Shown here: positions 48,101 to 58,469 of the stretch, piece by piece
Layout: each line of letters opens with the position of its first letter
How positions within the stretch are numbered: the first letter of the stretch is position 1
Assembly (NCBI GenBank): GCA_043814765.1
Contig: JBDRJQ010000028.1
Coordinates: forward strand, 29,835 to 93,834
Length of the DNA stretch: 64,000 nucleotides
Direction of reading: 5' to 3'
DNA from: Nanobdellota archaeon
Lineage (GTDB): Archaea; Aenigmatarchaeota; Aenigmatarchaeia; QMZP01
Program-made: the position numbers and the translations under genes
Notes under the pieces: generated by a model
Told to the model about the DNA's origin: nothing
Seen by the model: the letters and a program-made list of their open reading frames with translations, nothing else
Database searches by the model: none

Positions 48101-49970
48101 CCTCTCCGATTACTCCTGCGTACATTCTGTCCGGGTTTAGCGGGTCAAACCTGAGCGATGTTATTCCTCTGGAATTCTCAACCCTGAATATCTCGCTCCA
48201 GACGTTTTGGTTTTTGGAATATCTCCAAATAGATGAATGGTTCTCAAATATCTTTGGCGAATACGTGGCATAGATAAAATTGCTGTTCTCTGGATCGATC
48301 TCAATATCATAAGTATAATCAGGGGAATATGTGAGATACCGCCAGCCCCCTTGCGAAGAGGCCTCTGAAATGCCGACACCTATATTGGACGCGTAGATTG
48401 TGCCGGAGTCTTTTGCTATCTCAAAATCAAAAATCTTTGCAGATGAAAAATCCTGAGCGATTTGTGTGAAAGTTCTCCCTCCATCATATGATTCGTATAA
48501 GTCGGTCAGTTCATCAGCCAGCAGGATGTGGTCTGAGTTGTGCGGGTCAATCTTTACATCGTCTCCGGCAGCGACTGGCGTGAATGGTTCCCAAGTATTT
48601 CCAAAATCCCTTGTGACATATGATTCCTGAATAACATTTCCTGAGGTGAACACAACATTCGGGTCTGTTGGGTGGGTCATGACAATGGTGGGGGATGTCC
48701 CTATAATATCACTGTCCATCTTTTTCCATGTTTTCATGCCATCCTCTGACTTAACCATTCCCAGAGCCCATATAGAGCCGGTCTTGCCGTAAGCTATGTT
48801 TGGGTTTTCATAATCAATCAAGAGTGCATCCAAGTTAAAGCCCACTTTTTCAAATACCTTGAGTCTTGGTTCATTGATTCGTTCATAACTAGAGCCATCT
48901 ATCTTAAGTATTGGAATGCCACCATAAGGATTCAGAAGATAATAAGCTGAGCCTGAAATAACAACATCTTCTACTCCATTGGATTCTAAAGTCAGATCTG
49001 TCACAGGGTTCCATGTTTTTCCTCCGTCATAGGATTCTCTTAAGAGCTCAGATATCGGGGAAAACCCCTCATGCACGATGTTGTATCTGAATGGTATCAC
49101 TATGTGTTGAGGATTGTCTGGGTTCTGAACAATCTTTGAAATAATAACACCGTCAGGTGTGTCAAAATCAATCGTGGACCATGTCCCACCAAGGTCTTCT
49201 GAAACGTACAAATAATTTTTTGAGAGTTCCCCTCTGCCACCTTTCATTACATTGATAGCTACCAAGATTCTATTTCCAAGCGCAATAATATTTCGAATTC
49301 CTATATCCTTATCATTTGTCGACAGTACTAAATCTTTCCAGTCAAAATTTCCCGAGGCCTCCCAAGAAGCTAGGTCAGCATACGATATTTCACCACCACC
49401 CATCTTTCCGTCACCAGAAATTATGAAAAGTTTATTGTCACTAACAAAGGGCTTTCCAAAATACCTGTCTGATATTTTTACAGGGTTTCTATTATTGTCA
49501 TAGTAATAAAGACCATCATCACAAATAAAAAATAATTTATCCTTGAAAAGTGCCATTGAATGAACACTGCCTATGATATCCTGTCCCTGCATTAGCTGCC
49601 AGCTTTCGCCTTTATCTACAGACTTCCGTATACCTTCAATAGTTATTACATACAATTCATGCGGCGGGAGGGGATTTTGTATCAATTGTTTTATACGCCC
49701 TCCTGGCGGGCCATTCATGGATACCCATGAAATGCTTGAATCAGCTTCCGGGTGGTACTGGACTTCTTCTCCCCCAAGTTTTTCCTGGACGCATGCATTA
49801 TTTTTGCACGCATAACCAACAGGGCAGATTTTAGTTTGATACTGTTTATCATCAACACAGCATTCGTATGGGCAGTATCCATCCACAAGTGGACTTTCTT
49901 CTGTAACGCATCCGCTGATAAGAACAATTCCTATAATCAATAATCCAATCAAAATTTTTGATTTCATCAT
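45198..49970 (-). CDS. Large lipoprotein with BNR/Asp-box (Vps10/sortilin-like) beta-propellers and an inserted ConA-like (DUF1080-type) domain
   Basis: LISGC lipobox; many SxDGGxTW repeats; DDFEDG..DGW...WTDYTFE.RVK...WY.IKI...GN..KVYVD...G.IAF. Confidence 0.88.
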   Translation of the reverse strand: MMKSKILIGLLIIGIVLISGCVTEESPLVDGYCPYECCVDDKQYQTKICPVGYACKNNACVQEKLGGEEVQYHPEADSSISWVSMNGPPGGRIKQLIQNPLPPHELYVITIEGIRKSVDKGESWQLMQGQDIIGSVHSMALFKDKLFFICDDGLYYYDNNRNPVKISDRYFGKPFVSDNKLFIISGDGKMGGGEISYADLASWEASGNFDWKDLVLSTNDKDIGIRNIIALGNRILVAINVMKGGRGELSKNYLYVSEDLGGTWSTIDFDTPDGVIISKIVQNPDNPQHIVIPFRYNIVHEGFSPISELLRESYDGGKTWNPVTDLTLESNGVEDVVISGSAYYLLNPYGGIPILKIDGSSYERINEPRLKVFEKVGFNLDALLIDYENPNIAYGKTGSIWALGMVKSEDGMKTWKKMDSDIIGTSPTIVMTHPTDPNVVFTSGNVIQESYVTRDFGNTWEPFTPVAAGDDVKIDPHNSDHILLADELTDLYESYDGGRTFTQIAQDFSSAKIFDFEIAKDSGTIYASNIGVGISEASSQGGWRYLTYSPDYTYDIEIDPENSNFIYATYSPKIFENHSSIWRYSKNQNVWSEIFRVENSRGITSLRFDPLNPDRMYAGVIGEEGTIYVSNNKGETWSKLNDELTFATIMRHSQLQIDPRDKDIVYAGTWGGGTYKTIDGGSNWVKLDNAPESPTCLAISEKNPDIIYACDRLKPVIHKSEDSGLTWEEYYEFDRTNVLTSAVAIDPNNPDTIYAATFGRPFCVAAGSLLKIINGEMVADLNENLPGNDEGVAESTVEMEVDPNNPNTIYVSKHGYGVFKSVDGGETWERLDDKEGGLPRLGYYDIDVDYSNSNTLYAAGLCELLPEYIIEPTGLPKNIEQDACGAYKSTDGGETWTRMLETEHATMAVEIDPQNPNLLYVASSTQGIFVSSDGGETWKQENEGLPSLGTAALIAEDGYVYAAVGASGVYAGIVNDDYSITWDNSRSNKPKTYISRIQVEIDPTNSNRIYATAYPGGMFRSDDRGETWYERNTAQPSIIVDDPITQGYYSFAIDPNNPADVWMGAYGKGMYRSHEYMSVSMFANGNENELLRKPITAVVVDPKDSETVYVGTQEGVFVTRDDGESWTEMNDGLKTLDIRSLKVVNIEGPPLGDDFEDGNADGWKSDTGWSVIQEGGNYVLQGIDHNWISGGSESWTDYTFESRVKLIKGSVHINYRVSGSDRYAIGLNSGSLYLMRTYNSVHTNLINKDMAFSRDRWYDIKIVGNGNNVKVYVDDDLKIDYTDTESLLNGGIAFESLEGEIHVDDIVITIGLTGADIYAGTAGYGIYKFNSASKSWQSLGKGIFGGGWWSPWERRMYQFSSILFDPDVPGKIYYGHFPSGFFISEDNGHTWEDSSLKLGNDGMFSLSMHPHNHSILFAGTYNGVVKSLNKGRTWEMISNGMPPEQWPYTIAIDSDNPSIMYTSTKNGQNMGFCERNKDTFCGIVMKTIDGGENWFRIMNGLYSGSEFYTLLIYPPNHNILFLSTNVGVYISRDAGASWKIINSGLPGKELIVDNQVRDNVADNLALTPDNKYLIFGLTEYGVWKADLSGL

Positions 49971-49991
49971 AATTCATCCACAAATATAAGA

Positions 49992-51914
49992 TTATTCTTC
50001 CAAATGCATTTCACCCTGAATTATTATGTAGTCGCCTTCCTTTCGTATATCCAGTGTTTGGTCAAAAGATATCCTCAAGTAAGACGGACAGATTTCATAG
50101 TAACCGTCGCTTTTTGGTTCAAATATTGTCTCTCCTTTTTCATTTACGAATTTAATGTATTTGAAATCCTCTTGAGCTTGAGCCGTTTCAAATTCAAAAA
50201 CTACCCCGTTTATTTCTTCAAAACCGCCTATAAGCGGCTTATACTTGTATCCTTCCTCGGTTATAGTCCCTACAGCCATAATAAGAGTATTATAATCAAC
50301 AGCAGGCAGTGAAAAATCCGTTTCAGGTAATTCGCCTTCTTCAATACTTTTAAAGGTTTCTACAAACTGAGCCAACACGCTACTTAAATCACTGTCTTGT
50401 TTAAAATCATCATAAGTTTTAGACAATTGGATTATATCTTTAGAATCGAATAGTACGGCTTCACTAAAATCATCTTTAATTACTATAAAGTCGATTTTTT
50501 TGTTTTCATTTAATTCCAACAATTGTCTGAAGAAACTTGCGGTACTTTTCATTTTATTATGGCCTTCTAATCCAACAATCGCTATTTCGTTTTCAGGGAA
50601 CAAATTAGCTTTGTTTTGCTCATTAACGGATGTTACTCCAAAAGGAAGATCCACATCAAGCCAAGCATAAACCGCTTTCTCCTCTCCCAATATGGCTGCA
50701 ACAGAATTTTCAAAAGCCATTCTCCCAAATTCTTCTCTTTCTCCCCACTCCTTTGATGCCTTCCACCTTGAAACGTAATCCAATGCAGTGTCTTTGAATT
50801 CGTTCTCTTCAGCCAAAGCCAACAAGGCTTCACTAAACTCATCGGTATATTTGTAGTCAATAAAGGTTCTGGGCACCATTGCAAGGGCAACGCAATCAAG
50901 AAACTTTGTTTTGCTCAAATCAAAGGCAATTACAGTATCCAATGCAGGGTATTCCTGCAAATCAATTATCCTGTCATCATCACTGTCCAATACCCCAGTT
51001 GATGGAATGGGAATCCATTGCCCATCATGGTAAATTTCAATCCAGTCGTGAGGCTTTATGCCTACTAGGCGTGACTCAATTATTCTTGCTGGAATTCCAG
51101 CAGCCCTCAATAAAGCCGTTATCAAATAAGTGTGTTCCGCACACATCCCTGTTTTATGCTGCCAAATTAGTTCAACATCGTCATATAGGGACTTGGGCCA
51201 ACTATATTTAGTGATTCTTTCCCTTCCTGTGATATACTCCTTTACAAAATCATAAATATTCCCTGCAGTGGTTAAATCATCCTCTCCCTCTAAACTCAAT
51301 GCCTTTTCCCGCAATGTAGTGGAAAAAAAGTTAAAGTCGTAATAAGTGTCGGTTCCAGAGTTCCAGGACGCGAAAAAATACAGCACCTCTTTTGGGTAAT
51401 CCTGCAGGTTTTGCTTCTCTTTATAGATTTCCAAGAACAGTTTCATAAATTCTATTTCTTCTTCAGAAAAAAACCCTTTCCGGCATTCTGAATAGTCGAA
51501 TCCTACCATTGGCGCGTATTTGTACGGCACATACAGATCAATGAAAACCTCCTCGAGCTCAGGATAGTCTTTTATCTCAGGGATATTTTCTTCTAGCACA
51601 ACTTTTGGTGTTTTTGGACAATCCTGCGGACAGGTTAAATATGTCTCTACAATTATATACGTTTCTTCAGTTTCACATATGCCATCTCCACAGCAGGGAA
51701 TTGTTTGAAAATAATAACAACTATTAGCAATACAATTCTTAGCAAAACAGGTCCTATCCGGACAATCTTCTTTAACTTCACATTCCTTTTCTTCTGCAGG
51801 CAGAGCCCCCTCTTGGACAGTTCCTGAATTAGTAAAAATAACTTCCATCGTCGACAATCCGATTAAAATTCCTATTATCAACAATCCGAATAAAATAATG
51901 TATCCGGGGTTCAT
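49992..51914 (-). CDS. Membrane-anchored transglutaminase-like protein (paralogue 1)
   Basis: GMCAEH..LI.ALLRAAGIPAR...HDWIEIY..GQW; Cys-rich CCGDGICE N-domain. Confidence 0.88.
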   Translation of the reverse strand: MNPGYIILFGLLIIGILIGLSTMEVIFTNSGTVQEGALPAEEKECEVKEDCPDRTCFAKNCIANSCYYFQTIPCCGDGICETEETYIIVETYLTCPQDCPKTPKVVLEENIPEIKDYPELEEVFIDLYVPYKYAPMVGFDYSECRKGFFSEEEIEFMKLFLEIYKEKQNLQDYPKEVLYFFASWNSGTDTYYDFNFFSTTLREKALSLEGEDDLTTAGNIYDFVKEYITGRERITKYSWPKSLYDDVELIWQHKTGMCAEHTYLITALLRAAGIPARIIESRLVGIKPHDWIEIYHDGQWIPIPSTGVLDSDDDRIIDLQEYPALDTVIAFDLSKTKFLDCVALAMVPRTFIDYKYTDEFSEALLALAEENEFKDTALDYVSRWKASKEWGEREEFGRMAFENSVAAILGEEKAVYAWLDVDLPFGVTSVNEQNKANLFPENEIAIVGLEGHNKMKSTASFFRQLLELNENKKIDFIVIKDDFSEAVLFDSKDIIQLSKTYDDFKQDSDLSSVLAQFVETFKSIEEGELPETDFSLPAVDYNTLIMAVGTITEEGYKYKPLIGGFEEINGVVFEFETAQAQEDFKYIKFVNEKGETIFEPKSDGYYEICPSYLRISFDQTLDIRKEGDYIIIQGEMHLEE

Positions 51915-51936
51915 GTTTTATATTGGGTTTGGGGTA

Positions 51937-52968
51937 CTATAAAAGCTCTGTAAACCATCTCCTGATCACTTCTTCTGTTTTTGAGGACTCTTCAGGACCA
52001 TGCAATCCTGGTATATCTTCTCCAAGAAAACTTAATTCAAGAAAATCTAAAACAAAAAACCCAGCAACCGTGTCCTTTCCTTTTTCAAGGACTATTTCAT
52101 GGGCTCTTGCATCTAATTCTTCACTCCATCCCAATTCCCTCAGCGATGTACCATAAAATTCAGTAATAATGACTCCTTTACAATTGTCTCTTTCTGCAAA
52201 ACCGAGAAATGTGCTCAATGTATAGTCAATAAATGGAGAAAACTCTTCTAGCGTCGTACCAAGACCTCGGCTGATAGTAACTCCAATGTAATCGTATCCC
52301 GAATAGTTCGTCGGGGCGGGTTCCGTCATAGGATAGGGTTGTATACCGCCGATAGACCCCCCTTTCCAAATAACCTCACCATGATAAACCTCTTTTATTC
52401 TGGGGAGGATCTCTTGCCCCCAAGTTGCAGATGCAGACGGGCCAAACAACACTTCTGGTTCATTCATGGGGGCGAAGAATTCAACATCATATTCTTCTGC
52501 TAATCTGGCATATTCAATAACCTTGGAATTCCAAGCCTCTAAATCTATCCAATCCTCTAAACCCATCCCACCTGAGCACTTTGCCATGGTTAATGCAACT
52601 CTCAAACCATTTCTGTGAGCAGCTTGGATGTTGGCAATCATAAGCTCTTCTTGAATCGGAATAATTTTTTTCATTTTTTTAACCAATTCAGAATCGGAAG
52701 GAAGCCCTTCAAGGCAGTGCTCAACCTGAGGGGGAGCACCCTGAAAGAAAACCGTATTCATCCCAATATCCTTCAACTTCTGCATATCAGAAGCCAGCTT
52801 ATACGGATCATCACTTAATAGCGTGGGCGTCCAAGTGCCTTTGTAAACATCAACCTCAGCGGGTATTTTTATCTGCGAGTCCTGAACGCAACCACTGATA
52901 AAAACAATTCCCACTACCAGCAATAAAATCCCCAAAATTAGTTTTTTATTTTTCATCATATTCATCAC
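51937..52968 (-). CDS. Glycoside hydrolase-like TIM-barrel lipoprotein (clan GH-A, GH113-like)
   Basis: FISGC lipobox; YARLAEEYDVEFFAPMNEPE acid/base and VIITEF nucleophile motifs; DYIGV. Confidence 0.7.
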   Translation of the reverse strand: MMNMMKNKKLILGILLLVVGIVFISGCVQDSQIKIPAEVDVYKGTWTPTLLSDDPYKLASDMQKLKDIGMNTVFFQGAPPQVEHCLEGLPSDSELVKKMKKIIPIQEELMIANIQAAHRNGLRVALTMAKCSGGMGLEDWIDLEAWNSKVIEYARLAEEYDVEFFAPMNEPEVLFGPSASATWGQEILPRIKEVYHGEVIWKGGSIGGIQPYPMTEPAPTNYSGYDYIGVTISRGLGTTLEEFSPFIDYTLSTFLGFAERDNCKGVIITEFYGTSLRELGWSEELDARAHEIVLEKGKDTVAGFFVLDFLELSFLGEDIPGLHGPEESSKTEEVIRRWFTELL

Positions 52969-52979
52969 ATTTGGGGGTC

Positions 52980-55079
52980 TTACTCCACAACGATTTGTTC
53001 AGTAGTCATATCACCTTTAATAACCACTATATCATCTTCTCTGTAGATCTCCAGCGTTTGATCTGGGGTAATAAAACCATATGGAGCATCATCTAAGTTG
53101 TATGGGGGTCCTATAACAACTGTTGGATCCGGCCGCGGGTTTCTATATATTTCCGGGTCTGCGTAAACTTCGCCTTCTTCATTTATGAGTTTAAGATTAT
53201 CAAAGTGGCTCCAGTTCATATACTTGAGCGCATCAGGGTCATAAACATCAATATTTATCATTATTGTTGTTTGGTCTGCACTAAATATAATCATAATATC
53301 TTTAACTATAACCATGCTTTGTATGTCAAATTTTATGTTGAATGCTGTGTTTTCCCTATCGAAACCACCACCAATGACAATTGAATACTCTGCTCCCTCT
53401 TGAATATATTCAGGCAAATGGAAGGTTGTGTAATTTTTTTCTTTGCTTACCACGCTAACGATTTCAATTACAAAATCCTTTATGAGTTCAGGCGTTCCCG
53501 TAACCAAGTCTTGGTATGCCGTTTCAAGGGCACCTACGTCTTCCGGGTCAAATAAATTAATAGCAACTGCATCACTCAGGGAACCGCAACCAGCTTCATA
53601 ATGAGCGAAAAAGGAGTATATTTCCCCCTGGAAAAGTTGTTTAATCTCTGGTATAAGCGTGCTGATCTTTTCAAGTGGGAACTCTCCTGCACCAGACGAC
53701 ATGTATTGGATTCCGCCGTGTGATGTAATGTCATAAATTGAAATTGCTTTTGCTTTATCGAGTTCGCTAAGAAAAGCTTCCTCTGTTTTTAACTTATTCC
53801 AATCCCATAAATCCAATACTTTGATGTCTTTTGATTCATACCCTTCCTGTTTCGCTATAATTTCACTAATGCATGTCTCCATGATATCCTGCGCATAGGC
53901 ATATTTGTTAACAAGGTCACTCTCTTTTTTGTATTGGGCAAAAAGCTCTTCTGCTTGTCCAGTAGCACTGGTTTCACCGACCGCTTCTTTTGTGTGCTCT
54001 ATAATCAAATCTAATATATCCGTGTTGTAAGACAGGGAAACATCCATCAATGTATCACTAAGCGGGTCATAAGCGTATACGGAATACAACCACTGTTTTT
54101 CTTCAGGGTATAATTCCATCACTCCGGTTGAATCCACCATGATCCATTCCCCATTTACATAAGCTTCTGTCCAGGCATGTCCTTCTGGTGGCGAAGCAAA
54201 ACGACCTTCCACCTCTCTTGCCGGTATCCCAGATGCCCTACAGAAAGCAGTAATTAAAGTAGCCCAATAGTCACAATGTGCCCAAACTTCTCTGTTTTCT
54301 AATATTGCTTTTGGTGTGTCACCTTCTAGTTCGTAAGCAGCAGTCCAAGTGACATTGATATTTCCCCTAACCCATGAAACAATTTTCTCAATCGATTCCA
54401 TCTCCCCGGAACTTCCCTCTGTTATATCATTAGCCAGAGGGATAAGCTCTTCTACAAAGTACTCCATATCCATGGCACGACTCTTGCCGAAAAATATATC
54501 TGGTTCGATTATATTGGTCACCAGATAAGCTAAAACTTCTTCATCAGCCTGATGCAGACTGGTTTTCAATTTGAAAATATCAAAAAGTGATTTCATATAT
54601 TTCATTTCCGAATCACTAAATTCAACATCAGCATACAAATCGATGAAAACCTGCTCAAGTTTTGGGTATTCTTTTATCTCAGGAATATTTTCCTCTAATG
54701 CGTCTTTGGGGTTTGGACAATCCTGCGAACAGGTTAAATGTGTTTCTCCGATAAATTCAATAGCTGTAGTACCGTTAATAAGCACTATTATAGTATCGTT
54801 AAAAATAAATACATGAGTATCGGTTTCGCATTCTTCAGTTCGACAGCTTAAGTATCTTTCTTCGGTTTCGCATTCTCCATTTCCGCAGCAGGGAATTTTT
54901 TCACAGCAGGGAATCATTTGAGAATAAGAACAACTATTATCAATACAATCCTTCATAAAACAAGTCCTATCCGGGCAATCTTCTTTGAATCTGCATGCAT
55001 CCTTTTGAGCATCCCAAACAAAGAAACTAATCAAAACAAGAATAATTAATCCGAACAAAATGAAGTATTTAACCTTCAT
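52980..55079 (-). CDS. Membrane-anchored transglutaminase-like protein (paralogue 2)
   Basis: Cys-His-Asp triad: AHCDYW...RASGIPAR...HAWTEAY..GEWIMVDST; N-domain homologous to paralogue 1. Confidence 0.9.
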   Translation of the reverse strand: MKVKYFILFGLIILVLISFFVWDAQKDACRFKEDCPDRTCFMKDCIDNSCSYSQMIPCCEKIPCCGNGECETEERYLSCRTEECETDTHVFIFNDTIIVLINGTTAIEFIGETHLTCSQDCPNPKDALEENIPEIKEYPKLEQVFIDLYADVEFSDSEMKYMKSLFDIFKLKTSLHQADEEVLAYLVTNIIEPDIFFGKSRAMDMEYFVEELIPLANDITEGSSGEMESIEKIVSWVRGNINVTWTAAYELEGDTPKAILENREVWAHCDYWATLITAFCRASGIPAREVEGRFASPPEGHAWTEAYVNGEWIMVDSTGVMELYPEEKQWLYSVYAYDPLSDTLMDVSLSYNTDILDLIIEHTKEAVGETSATGQAEELFAQYKKESDLVNKYAYAQDIMETCISEIIAKQEGYESKDIKVLDLWDWNKLKTEEAFLSELDKAKAISIYDITSHGGIQYMSSGAGEFPLEKISTLIPEIKQLFQGEIYSFFAHYEAGCGSLSDAVAINLFDPEDVGALETAYQDLVTGTPELIKDFVIEIVSVVSKEKNYTTFHLPEYIQEGAEYSIVIGGGFDRENTAFNIKFDIQSMVIVKDIMIIFSADQTTIMINIDVYDPDALKYMNWSHFDNLKLINEEGEVYADPEIYRNPRPDPTVVIGPPYNLDDAPYGFITPDQTLEIYREDDIVVIKGDMTTEQIVVE

Positions 55080-55178
55080 GTTTTATATTAGGAGTGGGGG
55101 GGTTATTAAAATTCTTGTTGAGATGGGTAAGAATTTTCAGTTTGATGGGTTTAATGAAATAAGATTGATGGAAGGATA

Positions 55179-55970
55179 TTATTTTGTTGCCTTATCTATA
55201 AGTTTGAACCTATTTTTGCGCTTTCCGTTTTTAGACTTTTTCTTTCTGAACATTCTTGCGATTTTCGGTCCCTCTATCACTATCCCTGACAAAATGAATC
55301 CCGTAATGAATATTCCAATGGATAGATAGCTGATGACTGCGCTGTCTTCTTCCCCTTTAACCTCGAACAGGCTTTCAGACTCTGCTTCCTTGTTTTCGCC
55401 GTAGGATATCTTAGCGCGTACAGTATAGACGCCTGCCTCTATGCCATCAGGCAGGTCAAACTCCTTTATTATGTTGGTCTGGGTTTCCACTGCGACAGTC
55501 TCCCTATCTGTCAGTATAATCCTGTCATTCACGTCGGTTATTCTGTACTGCATCAGGACGTCAATCCTGCCAGGCTCTCCGAAGTTTACAAGACTTACAG
55601 ACAATAAAAAATTATCTCCCATTTTTATCTCATTGTAACCTTCAGGTATGCTCAGCAGGACGTCAAAAAGCGGCCCGGTTGATTCTGGTTGCTCAGGCTC
55701 TTCAGGAACAGGTGATATGTATTCGCATTCCTGGGTCTCAGAAGGCTTGAACTTCTCCTCACTGCATGTTCCGCTGTATGTGCATTCTATGGCCTGCATG
55801 CCGTCAGGCTGGCATTCGCCCCACTTCGTGCAGCTCCATGCGTGATAGCAGTCCTCTTCCTGAGCAGAAGCGCTGTGGAAGAGAAGCGGAAGGGTTAAAA
55901 TTCCTGCGATGATTATTACTGCTGGCACAGCAGCAAGATTCATTCCAAAAACGAAACTCCGGTTTGCCAT
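55179..55970 (-). CDS. Exported protein with Cys/Trp-rich module, Ig-like domain and C-terminal TM anchor
   Basis: Signal peptide; CYHAWSCTKWGEC; LFDVLLSI...SLVNFG...G.Y.V.A.ISY. Confidence 0.7.
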   Translation of the reverse strand: MANRSFVFGMNLAAVPAVIIIAGILTLPLLFHSASAQEEDCYHAWSCTKWGECQPDGMQAIECTYSGTCSEEKFKPSETQECEYISPVPEEPEQPESTGPLFDVLLSIPEGYNEIKMGDNFLLSVSLVNFGEPGRIDVLMQYRITDVNDRIILTDRETVAVETQTNIIKEFDLPDGIEAGVYTVRAKISYGENKEAESESLFEVKGEEDSAVISYLSIGIFITGFILSGIVIEGPKIARMFRKKKSKNGKRKNRFKLIDKATK

Positions 55971-56079
55971 TGATTAATTATTCGTTGAGCTGTTATAATA
56001 ATTAAGAGCTGCTTCCTTATCTGATAAGACGCCATTAAGCAAGAGTAATAAATATCTCCGACACTATAATAATTTATAT

Positions 56080-58404
56080 ATGGGTTTTACTATCGCGAAT
56101 AAGAAAATCACAATAAGTATTTCAGTAACATTTGTCTTGTTCTTTTTAACAGTGACGCTGGTCCAATCAGCGGACAGCAGGTGGACCTCAGAGCTGCTTA
56201 CTGTGTGGGATGAAAGCAACAATGCATTCAATGTTACAGATATACGTGACAGTTCAAACCTGCCTCCTGATTTTTCCGGAGGAACCGCGACAAAATTCTC
56301 TGTGAAAATCGATGTGACAGCTAGCAATAAAGTCGATCCAGGGGATGGGATACAATGCAGTCATTGTGAAGCTTATGACTGTGCTGATATGGTTATTATT
56401 GGCACGCTCGATAATCCCGTAATTGGTTTGTACTACCTGAACTCCACTGACCCGGCTCTTCTGGCGCGGATAGAAGGTGATGGTGTTGACATTGAGTGGC
56501 TTAACTGCTCAAAAGTTGGGGATATACCTGTTAACGAACAACTAATAGCCAATATCTATGTTGATTTCAATTACTCGGCAGCAGTAGACGAAACAGATCC
56601 CTACTGGAACTGGGCGTACGACAACATAACAGGCAGCACAATTTTGAGCGGCAACTCGTTTGTGGCCGGCACTGAATGGGCTGATGCGGGCGATGGTTTG
56701 GATGTTGCATGGTTCAGGACCAATGCCACAGGAAGCTGGCTAAACACGACATACCAGGAAATGGGATCAGCAGCCACTTACATATTCAACACTACACTGA
56801 CTACAAACGGAAACGACTATGGGGGAGACACTATATGCTGGACACAGATAGCGAATGACACCGCGGCTGCGAACAACTGGAATGATACAATGCTTGAAAC
56901 CGAAAACTGCATAGATGTTTTGTACAATTTTGTGCCGTCCATAAGCATCAATGATTCAACAATCAATACCGGTGATGCTGCCATTGTTACAGCTACCTGT
57001 GGCAATCCTGGAGAAGATATATTATTAGAAACCTATATTACAATATTAGACAACCAGACTGGTTCTGATATAGTTACTCCAGTCACAAAGGGCTCTAACA
57101 AAATCTATGCAAACGATAGCACTTATTATTTGGGTACATGGTCATCAGCTTCAGTTATAAGAGACTTTAAAATAATGGCTGTGAATAAGGGCTCATATAA
57201 TATAACAATCCGCTGCAACTCCAGTGAGGTCACTGAGAGCGTTTCCACCAAACTGGAGATAGCAGACACTGACGCACCGACTGTAACCAACGCGCGCTAC
57301 AATGATTTAGATTCTCTGATAGAAGTCTTTAGTGAAATAAAGGTAAATGCTACTGTCATAGAGGTTGGAGGAGGAACTATAAGCACGGTTCTCATACAAA
57401 TGACAAAGCCCGACGGAAGCATACAAAATTATACAACATCTTCAAGCGGTTCAGAATATTTTAATACCAGCATAAACTTGACCGTAATAGGAAATTATTC
57501 CTTCTTGTTTTATGCCAACGATACCGCAAACAACATAAATTTCACTGTGAACGCCAGCAAGGAAGGAGGCGGCGCAACAACATCGCTTACCTCCAGAGAT
57601 ACTACAGACCCTACTGGAGACCTAGGTAGTTGGGACGATACAGATACGACTACAGGTTCTACTGTTTGCATAAATGTCACTGGCGTTGCAGACAATTACG
57701 CCATAGATACTGTTAATGTGACTATCATGTATCCGAATGAGACTGTGGTGGCTGTTTATCTGGATGATGACACATCAAGTTGCAGCGGCAGCGCTGGTGA
57801 TGGAGATTGGGGCATCGACGTGAATGTTGGTTCTACTGTTGGAACTTTATGGGCAAATGTTAGTGCTGTTAATGACACATCAGGCAACGTGTTTACTTCA
57901 ATTCCCACACCTGGTGAAGAGCCTAAAGTGACAGTTGTTACAGGTGCTGTGGATACGAGCTTCAGGATAACAATGCCTGGTTCCAATGTCAAGCACATCA
58001 ATTCGACAGATCCCATGCTGCCAAACGCTACACTCAGCATGAACTTTACAATGAGCTCAACAGGCACAGCCGGCACCCAGGCAAACGTTGCGCCATGTGT
58101 TGGCGCGACAAGCGATTGCCAATCAGATGGAACAGCGTTCTTCGTATTCGAAAATGTTGGCGGCGTAACCATTAACATAACAATGCAATTAAACGTAACT
58201 ATGCCATCTAATATCGCACTGGTTTGCGACAAGGACAATAGCCCGGCCGGAGCTACAGCAATTACTACAGAGAATTATAACGTATCGAATGACCTTGAAA
58301 CCAGCTCTGCAATAAGCATCTGGTGCTGGGCATCGTTCACAAACACGCGAACTACTGACATAACAGAAAGGAAGTTAATACACAACGCAACAGAATCAGC
58401 CTAA
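56080..58404 (+). CDS. Secreted S-layer/surface glycoprotein-like protein with Ig-like repeats
   Basis: Signal peptide; T/N/D-rich; ANDT.NN and DTxxP motifs; dense N-glycosylation sequons. Confidence 0.7.
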   Translation: MGFTIANKKITISISVTFVLFFLTVTLVQSADSRWTSELLTVWDESNNAFNVTDIRDSSNLPPDFSGGTATKFSVKIDVTASNKVDPGDGIQCSHCEAYDCADMVIIGTLDNPVIGLYYLNSTDPALLARIEGDGVDIEWLNCSKVGDIPVNEQLIANIYVDFNYSAAVDETDPYWNWAYDNITGSTILSGNSFVAGTEWADAGDGLDVAWFRTNATGSWLNTTYQEMGSAATYIFNTTLTTNGNDYGGDTICWTQIANDTAAANNWNDTMLETENCIDVLYNFVPSISINDSTINTGDAAIVTATCGNPGEDILLETYITILDNQTGSDIVTPVTKGSNKIYANDSTYYLGTWSSASVIRDFKIMAVNKGSYNITIRCNSSEVTESVSTKLEIADTDAPTVTNARYNDLDSLIEVFSEIKVNATVIEVGGGTISTVLIQMTKPDGSIQNYTTSSSGSEYFNTSINLTVIGNYSFLFYANDTANNINFTVNASKEGGGATTSLTSRDTTDPTGDLGSWDDTDTTTGSTVCINVTGVADNYAIDTVNVTIMYPNETVVAVYLDDDTSSCSGSAGDGDWGIDVNVGSTVGTLWANVSAVNDTSGNVFTSIPTPGEEPKVTVVTGAVDTSFRITMPGSNVKHINSTDPMLPNATLSMNFTMSSTGTAGTQANVAPCVGATSDCQSDGTAFFVFENVGGVTINITMQLNVTMPSNIALVCDKDNSPAGATAITTENYNVSNDLETSSAISIWCWASFTNTRTTDITERKLIHNATESA

Positions 58405-58469
58405 TTATGAAAATTTCTAAATAGATAACTTTTATAAGTGTGCTTAACGATATTATAATACAGAGTAAA

